NCBI GenBank assembly: GCA_023515725.1
Contig: JALDTO010000218.1
Span: forward strand, 1-28,427
DNA length: 28,427 nt
Reading direction: 5' to 3'
Source of the DNA: Amoeboaphelidium protococcarum X5
Taxonomy: Eukaryota > Fungi > Aphelidiomycota
The position numbers and the translations under genes were made by a program. Every line of letters begins with the position of its first letter. The stretch's first letter is position 1. Below the pieces are notes generated by a model. That model had not been told where the DNA came from and ran no database searches. It saw only the letters and a list, made by a program, of their open reading frames with translations. Shown piece by piece: positions 8,529-20,948 of the stretch.

Positions 8529-9956
8529 TTAAAATAAATTAAAAATAAGAAAAAAAGAAAATAATAATATAGATAAATATTGTATATTTGATTTATTTCC
8601 ATTTAAATTTTTATCAGACCAAATAGAAGAACCTGAAGAAGGGGAATCTATAAAATCTGTTAATTTTTCACTTAATTTATAAATATTTAATCCCATAATA
8701 GATATTAATAAATCTATATAACCAGAATCAAAAATTTTAAATAATATTCTATATGATAAATTTAAAAATAAACCTGAAATAAAGGTATATAAAGATTTAA
8801 ATCCATATTGATTTTCTAATGGTAAAAATCTTAAAGGAACTTTTAGTTTCCATTTCATTAATATTATAAATGATAAAATAAAAAATATTAAAGGTAATAA
8901 TTTAATAATTAAACCATAATTAGATATAAATAGATTAATTTCTTTATTGTTAAAATTTAATAATAAATTCCATTCACGAAATAAATAACCAATAAATATT
9001 GTTATAATTGTTAATATAGTTAAAGAAATAGTTAAATGTAATGAAAAATAATGTAAATTTTTTAAAGTAAATATAGATAATCTGGTTGTTTTTATAAAAA
9101 TTCTAATTATAAAATTTAATGAGTATAATATTGTTAATAATGCACTTAATAATGTTATTAAATAAATAAATTCACTCCATAAACCATAAGAAATAAAAGA
9201 TTGATTAATAATCATTTCTTTACTATAAAATCCGGTTGTAAATGGAAATCCAGTTAAAGAAGTTAAACCAATTAATAATACTATGTAGGATATTTTAATC
9301 CAATTAATTAAACCACCCATAATTCTTAAATCTTGAATATCTAATATTGTATGTATAATTGAACCAGCTGTTAAAAATAATAATGCTTTAAAATAAGCAT
9401 GAAATAATAAATGAAAAAATGAAAGATTATAATATTTTAATCCAATTATTGTTACCATATAACCTAATTGTGACATTGTTGAATAAGCAATTAATTCTTT
9501 TAAATCTAAAGAAACTAAAGCTAAAGTACCTCCAATAAAAGCTGTTAAAGATCCTACAATAGTTATTATTATTAAAATAAAATCTGAATAATTAATTATA
9601 ATAGATAATCGTAATAATAATAATAAACCTGCTGTTACCATTGTAGCAGCATGTATTAATGCTGAAATAGGAGTAGGACCCTCCATACTGTAAGGTAACC
9701 ATAAATGTAAAGATAATTGAGCTGATTTAGCCATTGCAGCACCTAAAAAGAATATTATTAATAAATCTGAATTAAATAAAGGATGAGATACTATTGTAAT
9801 AATATCTAAAGAACCATATAAAATTAAAGATATAAAAATTCCTATTAAATAAAATATATCACCTATTCTATTCATAAATAAAGCTAATAATGAACCTAAA
9901 GTAGTATCAAATCTAGTAAACCAAAATGAGATAAGTAAAAAACTAGATAATCCGAC
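8529..9956 (-). CDS. nad5: NADH dehydrogenase subunit 5, exon 2
   Basis: VGLSSFLLISFW, NRIGD, KSAQ..WLPYSMEGPTPISALIHAATMV, GFYSKE. Confidence 0.96.
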   Translation of the reverse strand, partial: VGLSSFLLISFWFTRFDTTLGSLLALFMNRIGDIFYLIGIFISLILYGSLDIITIVSHPLFNSDLLIIFFLGAAMAKSAQLSLHLWLPYSMEGPTPISALIHAATMVTAGLLLLLRLSIIINYSDFILIIITIVGSLTAFIGGTLALVSLDLKELIAYSTMSQLGYMVTIIGLKYYNLSFFHLLFHAYFKALLFLTAGSIIHTILDIQDLRIMGGLINWIKISYIVLLIGLTSLTGFPFTTGFYSKEMIINQSFISYGLWSEFIYLITLLSALLTILYSLNFIIRIFIKTTRLSIFTLKNLHYFSLHLTISLTILTIITIFIGYLFREWNLLLNFNNKEINLFISNYGLIIKLLPLIFFILSFIILMKWKLKVPLRFLPLENQYGFKSLYTFISGLFLNLSYRILFKIFDSGYIDLLISIMGLNIYKLSEKLTDFIDSPSSGSSIWSDKNLNGNKSNIQYLSILLFSFFLIFNLF

Positions 9957-11043
9957 CAAATTCTTAAAATAAATAATTTATAATTGATTTTTTATTTATT
10001 TCCTGTACTTTAATACCTAATAGGATTTATTTAAAGCCTTGGTAAATGAAAACAGCTTTCAGCATATATTCATCTAGAATTCTGACTGTACATTAAACAC
10101 CATTACAGGTATCCATTATTGAACCAGTCGATAGCGATAAGTATTGTTACCGACGGTCTTTAAACAAAATCTATTTAGTTGACCGTTTTCAATAATGTTA
10201 CAAAAAATATTTTTTGTTTACGGCTGTATTTTTTTATTTTTCAATACAATTACTAAAAAAATAATCTAAATTTTGATTGTCCCCGAAAGGAGCATTCTTT
10301 TGGAGCCGATTAAATATTTTTTATTATATTTTTAATTATGATTTAATATCTAATTTGTAATACATTGAAGGATGAAAATAAGGTTTAACAATTTTAATAA
10401 AATCTTCTTTAGAATTTTTATGTATATATAAAATATATCCTTTATTTTTACCTGCTTTTTGTACTGATGCAGTAATATTATATATTAAAAATAATTGATT
10501 ACATAAAAATTCTATTTCTGAAAATTTAAAATTATTAGTTGCTATTTTTAATGAAGAATTTATTTTTGATCCATCATCCATAAACCATATAGCTAATATT
10601 AAAGGTGTAATAAAATCTTTTATATTATTAGGAACTATTTTTACATATTTTTTTAAATCTGAATCCCATTTATAAAAAATATCATGAATCCAAGTTAAAC
10701 TATTAAAAGTATAACTATTAACTCTATAATGATAAAAAATTCCTTCTTTTTTTATTCTTTTATGAAGTTTAGGGGTTTTATTATTACAATAACCTCTTAA
10801 AGATAAATATTTATGAAACCACATTAAATATTCAACATTTTTATTAGATTGTTCAAAAAGTATTCTAGTTCCTTTATTTCTTTTTTCTAAATGACTATCA
10901 CCTAATAAAGAACCTATTATTAATGAAATAATATCTAAATTATGTGGTCCTATTCTATCATTAGCAAACAACTTCTTATTATTTGTACAAATTATTACAT
11001 TATATATAAAATCATAATTATTATATTTTAGGCATTCTAATAT
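9957..11043 (-). mobile_element. nad5 intron, group I (ID-like), inserted after WEG (nt 426)
   Basis: core TTAATGTACAGTCAG (~10082-10096), CGCTATCGACTGGTTCA, AAGACCGTCG; P1 AGGU/GCCU. Confidence 0.88.
10336..11043 (-). CDS. LAGLIDADG endonuclease/maturase, in frame with nad5 exon 1
   Basis: DRIGPHN..LIIGSLLGDS, ITPLILAIWFMDDG. Confidence 0.9.
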   Translation of the reverse strand: MLECLKYNNYDFIYNVIICTNNKKLFANDRIGPHNLDIISLIIGSLLGDSHLEKRNKGTRILFEQSNKNVEYLMWFHKYLSLRGYCNNKTPKLHKRIKKEGIFYHYRVNSYTFNSLTWIHDIFYKWDSDLKKYVKIVPNNIKDFITPLILAIWFMDDGSKINSSLKIATNNFKFSEIEFLCNQLFLIYNITASVQKAGKNKGYILYIHKNSKEDFIKIVKPYFHPSMYYKLDIKS

Positions 11044-11469
11044 ACCTTCCCAACCTATAAATAATATAGGTAATGAAGAAGTAGTAATTAATATTATCAT
11101 TGTAAAAATAAATAAAATTATATATAGATTAAATCTAATTGAATGAGGATCTGAAATCATATAATCATATGTATATATTAATACTATTAATGTTATTGAT
11201 ATTACTACTATTAACATTATTGATGCTATTTCATCTAAATATAATGTCCAATTAATATCCATTATATCATTTTTAACAATTTTTAATAATTCTATTCTAA
11301 TACTATTATTTTCTATTACTACTTCTTTTAATAAACTAATTGATATTATTAATAATATTGTTAATATTGATATTACTAATATAAAGGTACCTCTAATACC
11401 TAAAAATCTACCAAATAAACCAATAGATAAAAATAATAAAAATGGTAAAATTAATAATTGAATGTACAT
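11044..11469 (-). CDS. nad5: NADH dehydrogenase subunit 5, exon 1
   Basis: GRFLG, YMISDPH..RF, LFIGWEG. Confidence 0.95.
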
Positions 11470-11490
11470 CTCAAAATCGATTATAAACTT

Positions 11491-11562
11491 TAATCCATAA
11501 ATATCTGCTGTATGTCTACGGCTTAGCTGTCCTTATCAATCCATACTGGTTCCTACCGGTAT
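11491..11562. repeat. about 70-bp repeat (family B) just upstream of nad5, with a near copy upstream of nad2 (18724-18794)
   Basis: taatccataaatatct.ctgtatgt...agctgtccttatca.tccatac.ggttc...taccggt; shorter relatives at ~5582-5618, ~24399-24437 and ~25740-25775. Confidence 0.8.
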
Positions 11563-12029
11563 TTTAGGTTAACTAGTAAAAATTTACCTGTTTTCTGTTC
11601 ATTTTTCAACTTATTTACCTACCTCCCTTCGGTCCCTTCGGTCCCTTCGGTCCAGTCAGGCTGTTTTTGTTCAGTTTTTAATAGATTCTTACTAATTTTC
11701 ATTTATAATTTTACCATTTTTGTCTCCTACTGTATTCTAAAATTTTTATTGATTTTAATATAATATTTCTGACAATAGGTATTAAAATTACTCATCTTTC
11801 TCCGGTCCTCCGGTAATATTTCTGACGACGAGATCTTGTTTTTTAAAAAACAACGATCATTAGATCTTTTAAAATATCTCTAATATTTTTAGATTCTGCA
11901 TTTTTTATATAGTATTTATATACTCAATATTTAAAAATTAAAGAACAATAAGGTAATAATACATTTTGATAACTTAAAGTTATTAATATATATGGGTAAT
12001 CTAATTTTTAGATTTAAATACTTATTATA

Positions 12030-12794
12030 TTAATAAGCCATATAATATATTAAAATAAATAAAGCTATCCAAACTATATCAACAAAATGGTAATATAAAA
12101 GAGATAAATCAAATAATAAAGAAGGGGAATGGAAGAAATAAATTCTAATCCAAGTAAAAAATAACATTAAAACTCCTACAACAACATGTAATCCATGTGC
12201 ACCAGTAGTTAAGTAAAAAGCAGAAGAATAAACAGAATCTGTAATATCATAAGTAGAATTAAAATATTCAAATAATTGTAAAATAAAAAATATAACACCT
12301 AATACAATACCTATTCCTAATCCTAATAATGATTCTTTTCTATTATTATTTATTAATGAATGATGTGCCCAAGTTGCACTAATACCTGAATATAATAATA
12401 AGAATGTATTTAATAATGGGATAGACCAAGGATTAATAAGATCAATACCAATTGGAGGCCAAATTAAATAAGTTGGATTTAAAGCTGAATGAAAATAACT
12501 CCAAAAAAAAGAGAAAAATAACATAATTTCAGTTAATATAAATAATAAAAACCCTAAAGCTAATCCACGAGAAACTTCATTTAAATGAAAACCTAAATAT
12601 AATGATTCACTCATTACATCATATAACCAATTTGTAAATATTATTATAACCATTATTAAAGAATATAATACTAAATTTAAACTTGAAATATAACCATTTA
12701 AATAACCTAATAATCCTATTAATAAACTTAGTAAATTAAAACTAATTAATAAAGGCCAAGGTGATAAATCTAATAAATGATAAGGATGACGCAT
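12030..12794 (-). CDS. cox3: cytochrome c oxidase subunit 3 (start at MRHPYH; an upstream ATG at 12830 is also possible)
   Basis: HPYHL..SPWP, GAHGLHV, YYHFVDIVW. Confidence 0.95.
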   Translation of the reverse strand: MRHPYHLLDLSPWPLLISFNLLSLLIGLLGYLNGYISSLNLVLYSLIMVIIIFTNWLYDVMSESLYLGFHLNEVSRGLALGFLLFILTEIMLFFSFFWSYFHSALNPTYLIWPPIGIDLINPWSIPLLNTFLLLYSGISATWAHHSLINNNRKESLLGLGIGIVLGVIFFILQLFEYFNSTYDITDSVYSSAFYLTTGAHGLHVVVGVLMLFFTWIRIYFFHSPSLLFDLSLLYYHFVDIVWIALFILIYYMAY

Positions 12795-13042
12795 TTTTAT
12801 TAAAAATCTTATCTTATTGTAACTTCTCATTTAAATCAAACTTAATCTTTATTGATTTCAGGGTTTTATCGTTTAATATCTCCCTATAGGTTTTTATTTA
12901 TATTTATATACTAAAATTAAAAACTCTTTTTTATGATTAATTAAATATTGTTATAAAAAACAATGATTTTATGAATATCTTTGATATTATGCAATAATCA
13001 ATTATGAAAAATAATTATAGTAGACAAAATGATTAATTTAAT

Positions 13043-13790
13043 TACTCAGATTTAAATTTGAATTTATTTAAATATAATTTTTCATTTTTATAATATCCAG
13101 AATTGAAAATTCTGACTTATATTAAAATTATTTAATAATAAATTTATACTAATAAAACTAATAATTTAATTATTATTTTCATCATAAACATATATTTTTC
13201 GATTATCCTTATTATTATTTAATTGACTTTTACTTAAATTAAGTTTATGAATATCATAAAATATTCTAATTTTACCAGGAATCAAAGATTCCTCGATATT
13301 TTCATTTTTGTTTCTGCCTTCAGCTGTTCTGATAAAATTATATTATCTTAATTTAAAGCAATTTTAGTCATATTATAATGAAGATTTAAAAGATAAAAAA
13401 ATGATTGTTATTTATTTAATATAATTGATTTTGTTTTGAATCTTAAAATGATTCACAGAATCTTAGATTATGATTAATAAAAATTAATGATGACCATATT
13501 TAGATAAAATACGATAAATTATTTTATTTTAATTATTTAATCTAGATAGACTAAAATATTCATTCGATTTCTATTAGAAATCGTGTTGCACTACCAATAT
13601 AATATTTATCATTTTAACAATTATACCATAAATAGCTTAATTATTATTACAGCTGAAAGCAAATAAATAATATATATCGATAACTATATTGTCAATAATT
13701 TTAAATTCTTTTTTTATTAAATTTTTTAAATTTATATATTCATCTAAAATTAAATGTCTAGGAAAATAAGGAATAAAAAAATATTAGGTG
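13043..13790 (-). pseudogene. degenerate free-standing GIY-YIG homing endonuclease
   Basis: frameshifted motifs AIYGII..KYYIGSA, IYRILSKYGHH*F, YNMTKIA, ETKMKIS (NUMOD3-like), KIYVYD. Confidence 0.75.
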
Positions 13791-13840
13791 ATATATATAT
13801 AATTAAATTTTTATTATAATAATTTCTTATAATAATTAGT

Positions 13841-14167
13841 TTATATAACACGTAAGGTAATAGGCATATAAGCATGATTTACCCCACACAATTCGTAGCA
13901 ATGTCCGTAGTATAAACCAGGACGATATACTTCTAATCCTGTTTGATTAATTCTACCTGGAATAGCATCCATTTTTACTCCTAAAGCTGGAATACCCCAT
14001 GAATGAATTACATCAGTGGATGTAATTAAAAAACGTATATAGGAATTAGAAGGAATAATTAAATGTTGATCAGTTTCTAAATTACGTAAACTACCTAATT
14101 TTAAATCAGTTAAAGGATATGAATCAAATTCATTATCTCCATAAGCATATGACCAATACCATTGGTG
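13841..14167 (-). CDS. cox2: cytochrome c oxidase subunit 2, exon 2
   Basis: HQWYWSY, DVIHSW, CuA motif [13 protein letters not shown]. Confidence 0.96.
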   Translation of the reverse strand, partial: HQWYWSYAYGDNEFDSYPLTDLKLGSLRNLETDQHLIIPSNSYIRFLITSTDVIHSWGIPALGVKMDAIPGRINQTGLEVYRPGLYYGHCYELCGVNHAYMPITLRVI

Positions 14168-15223
14168 CATTCCGACTGTACATTAAGCCAATTAATTGAC
14201 CCACCAGTGACCCAGTCTGTAGCAATAAATTAAACAATATAATCTACTGACGGTCTTGTATTATTAATAAACACAGATCTAAGATCCGGCGGTATGGTCA
14301 TTTAATAATATTTTAACCGTTTTCACTAGCATCGCCATAAATAATAATCTGATTATTATCTATAAAAATCTCGTCAGATTTTTAGAAATTTATTAAAAAA
14401 TTTTGTTTTTACAAACAATAATTATTGAGTTTATTTAAAAAATAAACATAAATTTCACGACTATTAGTTATACTTATTTATAAATAACTAAATTCCAACT
14501 TTATATTTCATACTAGGAACTAAATAAGGTAATATTAAATTTCTAATTTTATTTAAAGAATTACTTTTTATATATAAACAATATCTATTATCTACCCTAT
14601 CACTATCCGTTTTAGGTATTAATTGTATTGTACAATCAATATTATATTTTAATTTAAAAAATAAAACTAAGGTATTATGTTCTTCTTTAGTAAAATTGTA
14701 AGTTGATAATCTTATTCCATGTCTTACAAATCCACCATCATCCATTATCCATATAGCTAATGCTAATGGTGTTAAATAAATCGATAATTGATCAATATGG
14801 GGTAAAATTTTTTTACCATTTTTATAAAATATTTTATGAATCCAATTAAAACTTCTAAATGTAAAAGTATTAAATTCATAACCATAATATATTTTATTTG
14901 AATTTAATTTTATAATATATTGTCTAGGTTTTAAATTAGAAACATAACTATTTATAAAGAAAAATTCATATAAATAGAATAGATATTCTTTATGAATATT
15001 AGATTGTCTATAACATATTCTTACTCCTTCACCTGTTCTAGTATTAGCATAAGCATCACCTAATAAAGAACCAAAGATAACTGATATAATATCATGATTA
15101 TGAGGTCCAATTCTTTTATTAGCTCTAATATTAGGAATTAAAAATAAAGTTGAAATTTCAAGATTGTAATAATTATAAATTTCCTGTACAGGGTATAACA
15201 AATTTTTGGCCACTTTGTAAGAA
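14168..15223 (-). mobile_element. cox2 intron, group I (ID-like)
   Basis: core CTACAGACTGGGTCAC / TTAATGTACAGTCGG; P1 UUGGU/GCCAA and P10 CAC/GUG. Confidence 0.9.
14488..15223 (-). CDS. LAGLIDADG endonuclease ORF, out of frame with cox2 exon 1 and lacking an early ATG
   Basis: [31 protein letters not shown]. Confidence 0.8.
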
Positions 15224-15550
15224 ACCAATTACTTTAACAGATAATGAAGGTTCTAATAAATCATCCATTAAATATAATAAACGAAATGATGGTAATGCAA
15301 TTAATATTAATATTACTCCTGGTATTAATGTCCAAATAATTTCTAAAGTAGACCCATGAGTTAAATCTCTTAAACCAAAATTATTACCTTTTGATAATAC
15401 TACTGTTAACATCCATATTACTACTGTTAACACTAAAATTTCATAAAATGTTATATGATCGTTTAAATTTACAATACCGTCCATAATATATGAACCACTG
15501 TCTAAATAGTCTCTAGGACTTCCAATAGTATGATTAAATAAAATATTCAT
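15224..15550 (-). CDS. cox2: cytochrome c oxidase subunit 2, exon 1
   Basis: HGSTLEIIWTLIP, ALPSFRLLYLMD, VKVIG. Confidence 0.95.
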
Positions 15551-15823
15551 AGTAAAACAAAAAACAAATTATTATAACTATCGCTCCCGTACTGTTCACG
15601 TATTTTACTTATCTACCTATTGGTCTGTTTTTTTTTTTGAATTATTTAATTAATTATATACTAATAAAGTAATCTTTAAGATTACTATTAAGAATTTAAT
15701 TACTTAAACTATCAGATATTTAATTATAATTTTGAAACAGTCGGAGACTGCTGCAATAATATTGAATTTTTAAATTCAAATTTAATAATATATTCAATGT
15801 AATATTACCTAATGTACTGGTAA

Positions 15824-16045
15824 TTATGAATATAAAATTAAAAATGAAAGCATTAAACTAAATAAGCCAATTGCTTCTGCTAATGCAAATCCTAAAATAG
15901 CTGTAGAAAATAAATATGAACGTAAAGAAGGATTACGTGCAGTAGCTACGAATAATCCTTGGAATACTAATCCAATTCCTATTCCAGCTCCAATTAATCC
16001 TGAAGAAGCTAATCCAGCTCCTAAATATTTAAAACCTTGAATCAT
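15824..16045 (-). CDS. atp9: ATP synthase subunit 9 (c)
   Basis: [25 protein letters not shown]. Confidence 0.97.
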   Translation of the reverse strand: MIQGFKYLGAGLASSGLIGAGIGIGLVFQGLFVATARNPSLRSYLFSTAILGFALAEAIGLFSLMLSFLILYS

Positions 16046-16164
16046 TTATTATTATTATTATCACAAATTTTTATTGTGTATTATTTAAATTAATCCTGAA
16101 AATATTAATATTTTCATAGATACTAGATAAAGAATTTATTTAAGTAACGTCTAAAACGGAACAT

Positions 16165-17080
16165 TATTTAATCTCAACCTCAGGTTCCCCTAAGATCACC
16201 TTGTTAAGACTTCAGGTTTAGTTAAATAACCTGTGACTGGCGGTTAGTAGAAGTTGTCCAGTTTATTCCCAAGAGCACTCTGTGCTCCAGATACTAGTCA
16301 TTTTAATTTCAAATTTTTATTCCAAAAAATTATTCAATATAATCTTATTTTTTGATTTTATTGGATGGCATTCTACCCAATTCTTTTACCATAATACTTG
16401 ATCCCAAAATTCTTTTAATTTATTCTTTTTAGACAGCCATGCAGTTTAATTATGAATTGGTAAGATTATTGGATTACTTTCCAATTAAAGGCCATCCTCC
16501 ACGACCGATAAACAACCCCCTCTAGTTCTTAGATTTTCAGCATTGCTACCTAACTCTCCAGGTGGAATACTTTATATTTTATATAGTATTCTTAGTTTAT
16601 TGCTAAAACTACATAGGTATCTAATCTTTTTTGTTACTTTAGCCTTCGTCCTTCAATAATATATTATTTTATTTAATTAAAATTTCATTCCTTTTTTTAT
16701 AAACTTTTTAAAGTTAAAAAAAAAAATTCTATTAAATAATCATTAATTATAATATTTTTTAATCTTAAAACTCTTTAAACCTTTTATCTTTAATTGAAAT
16801 TATTCTATTTAGATTTACCGCGACTGCTGGCACTAATATTAGTCAGAACTATTTAAATCTTACTTTTATTTTATTTCATTCTACTGGATCAATTTTATCT
16901 TATTTTCCAAACTTCTACACTGCTGTCTAATTTTACTTTAGATAAATTCTCCTTTTTACCTGTGATTTTTAATTTGACCTTATCAAATTTATCTGATTTC
17001 TTTCTTTTACTCACCTCCCGCATGTGAAATATGAATGAACTTTCAATTAACTCCCAGAACCAAAGAGATTTGTTTGCCTA
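16165..17080 (-). rRNA. rns: SSU rRNA, compact (~0.9 kb), colinear; boundaries approximate
   Basis: GTGCCAGCAGTCGCGGTA, GATTAGATACC, TGCATGGCTGTC, AAGTCTTAACAAGG, h45 GGGGAACCTG. Confidence 0.92.
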
Positions 17081-17415
17081 TATTTTAAATACTATTTTAG
17101 TATTAATTATTTGGCTAGATTTTCTTTTACTTAACTTTGTATATTTTAAAGTTTTTATTATTTATATATATACTAATAATATATTAAAAATTAGAGAGAT
17201 CTTGTTCTAAAGAACAATGATTAAGGTTGAATATCTAAGATATTCAATCCCGATCTTAAAAGATCTCGTCGTCAGAAATATTAGATTTGCCCGTAAATGG
17301 TGTCTACGGTAAATAAAACCATAATAAATAATAAGTAAAGTTAATAATTTAATATAAATATCCATAATATTAAGTATTATAGCAGAATATTAAAAATATT
17401 CTAAAAATAATAAGT

Positions 17416-18702
17416 TTATAAAATTAATAAAGGAAGAAAAGAAATTAAAATAATTAAATTAGAAATTAAATTAGGATAAAATCTATTTTCAGTTGTATTT
17501 TTTTCAAATCCTACTTCTTCGCATTCTTTTTTTAAATCAGATTTATTTAAATTTTCTTTATTAACTTTTCCTAATAATATTATTATTAATATTCTTAAAT
17601 AAGTATAAGTTAATAATAGTAAACCGAATGATGCTATTATAAATGTAATCCAATTTAAATTTATTAAACTTAAATATAATGGATAATATTTTATAAAAAA
17701 TCCTGATAATGGTGGAATACCAATTAAATTCATTATTAAAATGAACCATAATGTCATATAATAAGGTTCATTAATTTTAAAATTTTGATAATATAATGTT
17801 ATTAAAGATAAATAAATTAATATTATAATTGAATAAATAGTTATATAATAAAAAAAATAATCTAAATTATTATTTTCTATTGTTATTAATATTAAAGCAT
17901 AATGATAAATTGATGAGTAAATACCTATAGATAATAAATTTTTATATCTTAATGAGCCTATAGCACCTATTAATATAGATAATATAATTATCCATCCTAT
18001 ATCAATAGAACCAATATTAAAACTATTAATAATATTTAATTTATTAATAACCATAAATAATATTATTTTATAAGGTATATCTATTAAAAATATCCATTCT
18101 ATTGATAAATTTTGATATAATATAGGTAGTAATATATGAAATGGAGCTAATCCTATTTTAGCCATAAATACTATAAATAAAAATTTTAATGCTAAATTAG
18201 AACCCATATAAATTAAAGCTAATGATAAAATAAAAAATGCTGAAAAAAGACCAGAAAATAAATAATATAATATACCTGGATATTGATCTTGAATATAAAG
18301 ATTAATAAGAATCATAGTTGTAAATGTTAAAATTTCAATTGAAATAAATAAAGATACTATTGATGTAGACATTAATGATAAATAAGAACCTATTATAAAT
18401 ATTGAACCTAATATTTCATAAGCATTATCACCTTTTAATTCTTTAGATCCAAACATAAAATTATTAAATTTTATATTATTACTAATTTCTAACCAATATA
18501 TTACTAATAAACTTATTAATATTAATACTAATAACTCAATACTTATATTTCCCCCCTCTAATCCTGTTGTTAAATTTTCACTTTTTATTAATATATCTAT
18601 TAAACTTAATAATAAATAACTAATTCCTAAGATTATTAGTCCATAATATTCTTTTAAAAGATAAAAAACTAAAGATAATAAAAGTGGTAATAATAAAATC
18701 AT
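17416..18702 (-). CDS. nad2: NADH dehydrogenase subunit 2 (divergent)
   Basis: LFISIE, KIGLAPFH, YSSIYH, GIPPLSGFFIK. Confidence 0.9.
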   Translation of the reverse strand: MILLLPLLLSLVFYLLKEYYGLIILGISYLLLSLIDILIKSENLTTGLEGGNISIELLVLILISLLVIYWLEISNNIKFNNFMFGSKELKGDNAYEILGSIFIIGSYLSLMSTSIVSLFISIEILTFTTMILINLYIQDQYPGILYYLFSGLFSAFFILSLALIYMGSNLALKFLFIVFMAKIGLAPFHILLPILYQNLSIEWIFLIDIPYKIILFMVINKLNIINSFNIGSIDIGWIIILSILIGAIGSLRYKNLLSIGIYSSIYHYALILITIENNNLDYFFYYITIYSIIILIYLSLITLYYQNFKINEPYYMTLWFILIMNLIGIPPLSGFFIKYYPLYLSLINLNWITFIIASFGLLLLTYTYLRILIIILLGKVNKENLNKSDLKKECEEVGFEKNTTENRFYPNLISNLIILISFLPLLIL

Positions 18703-19254
18703 TTAAAATTATACTAAAATTTTTAATCCATAAATATCTACTGTATGTATATGGCTGAGCTGTCCTTATCAGTCCATACCGGTTCTTACCGGTGTTTTCG
18801 GTTGTTTTATATTTTTAATATACCTCGGTTCGGCTGATTTATAAAAATTTATCTATCGGTAGATGTTTTCAACAAAGTTCTCTTTTATTTAACCTTAAGA
18901 TTGGTATATCTAGATAATAAGGATATTTGTCCAATTTATTTTAAACAAATATTCCATATGCAGCCGGAATTCTATAATTCCGCTCTGCTAATATTTATGA
19001 CGATATATATACTCAAAATTTTAAAAGTACTATTTCATACGCCAGATCTTGTTCCAAAGAACAATGATTAAGGTTGAATATCTAAGATATTTAATCCCGA
19101 TCTTTTAAGATCTGACTAATCTTTCAGGTTTTATCTAAAAAATTAGTTACTTTAACCTTAATAATCTAATATAATAGTAAATAAATTATTTACAGTATTA
19201 TGTTCAGTATTAAGAATATTTTTATTTATATATTATAATATTATTTATATATAA

Positions 19255-20948
<1,694 letters not shown>

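Noticed and set aside
11626-11652. (CCCTTCGGT)x3 as a structured RNA gene
   Set aside because: Short tandem GC repeat related to the CTCCGGTC repeats at 5848 and 11801; no RNase P or tRNA motifs found
14488-14490. TAG reassigned to Leu or TGA to Trp
   Set aside because: Conserved genes read through with the standard code, Trp sites use TGG, tRNA-Trp is CCA, and no tRNA-Leu(CUA) is seen; this TAG falls at the normal end of the HEG
15150-15359. 69-aa plus-strand ORF
   Set aside because: Antisense shadow of cox2 exon 1
17561-17749. 62-aa ORF
   Set aside because: Alternate frame inside nad2 with no recognisable motif
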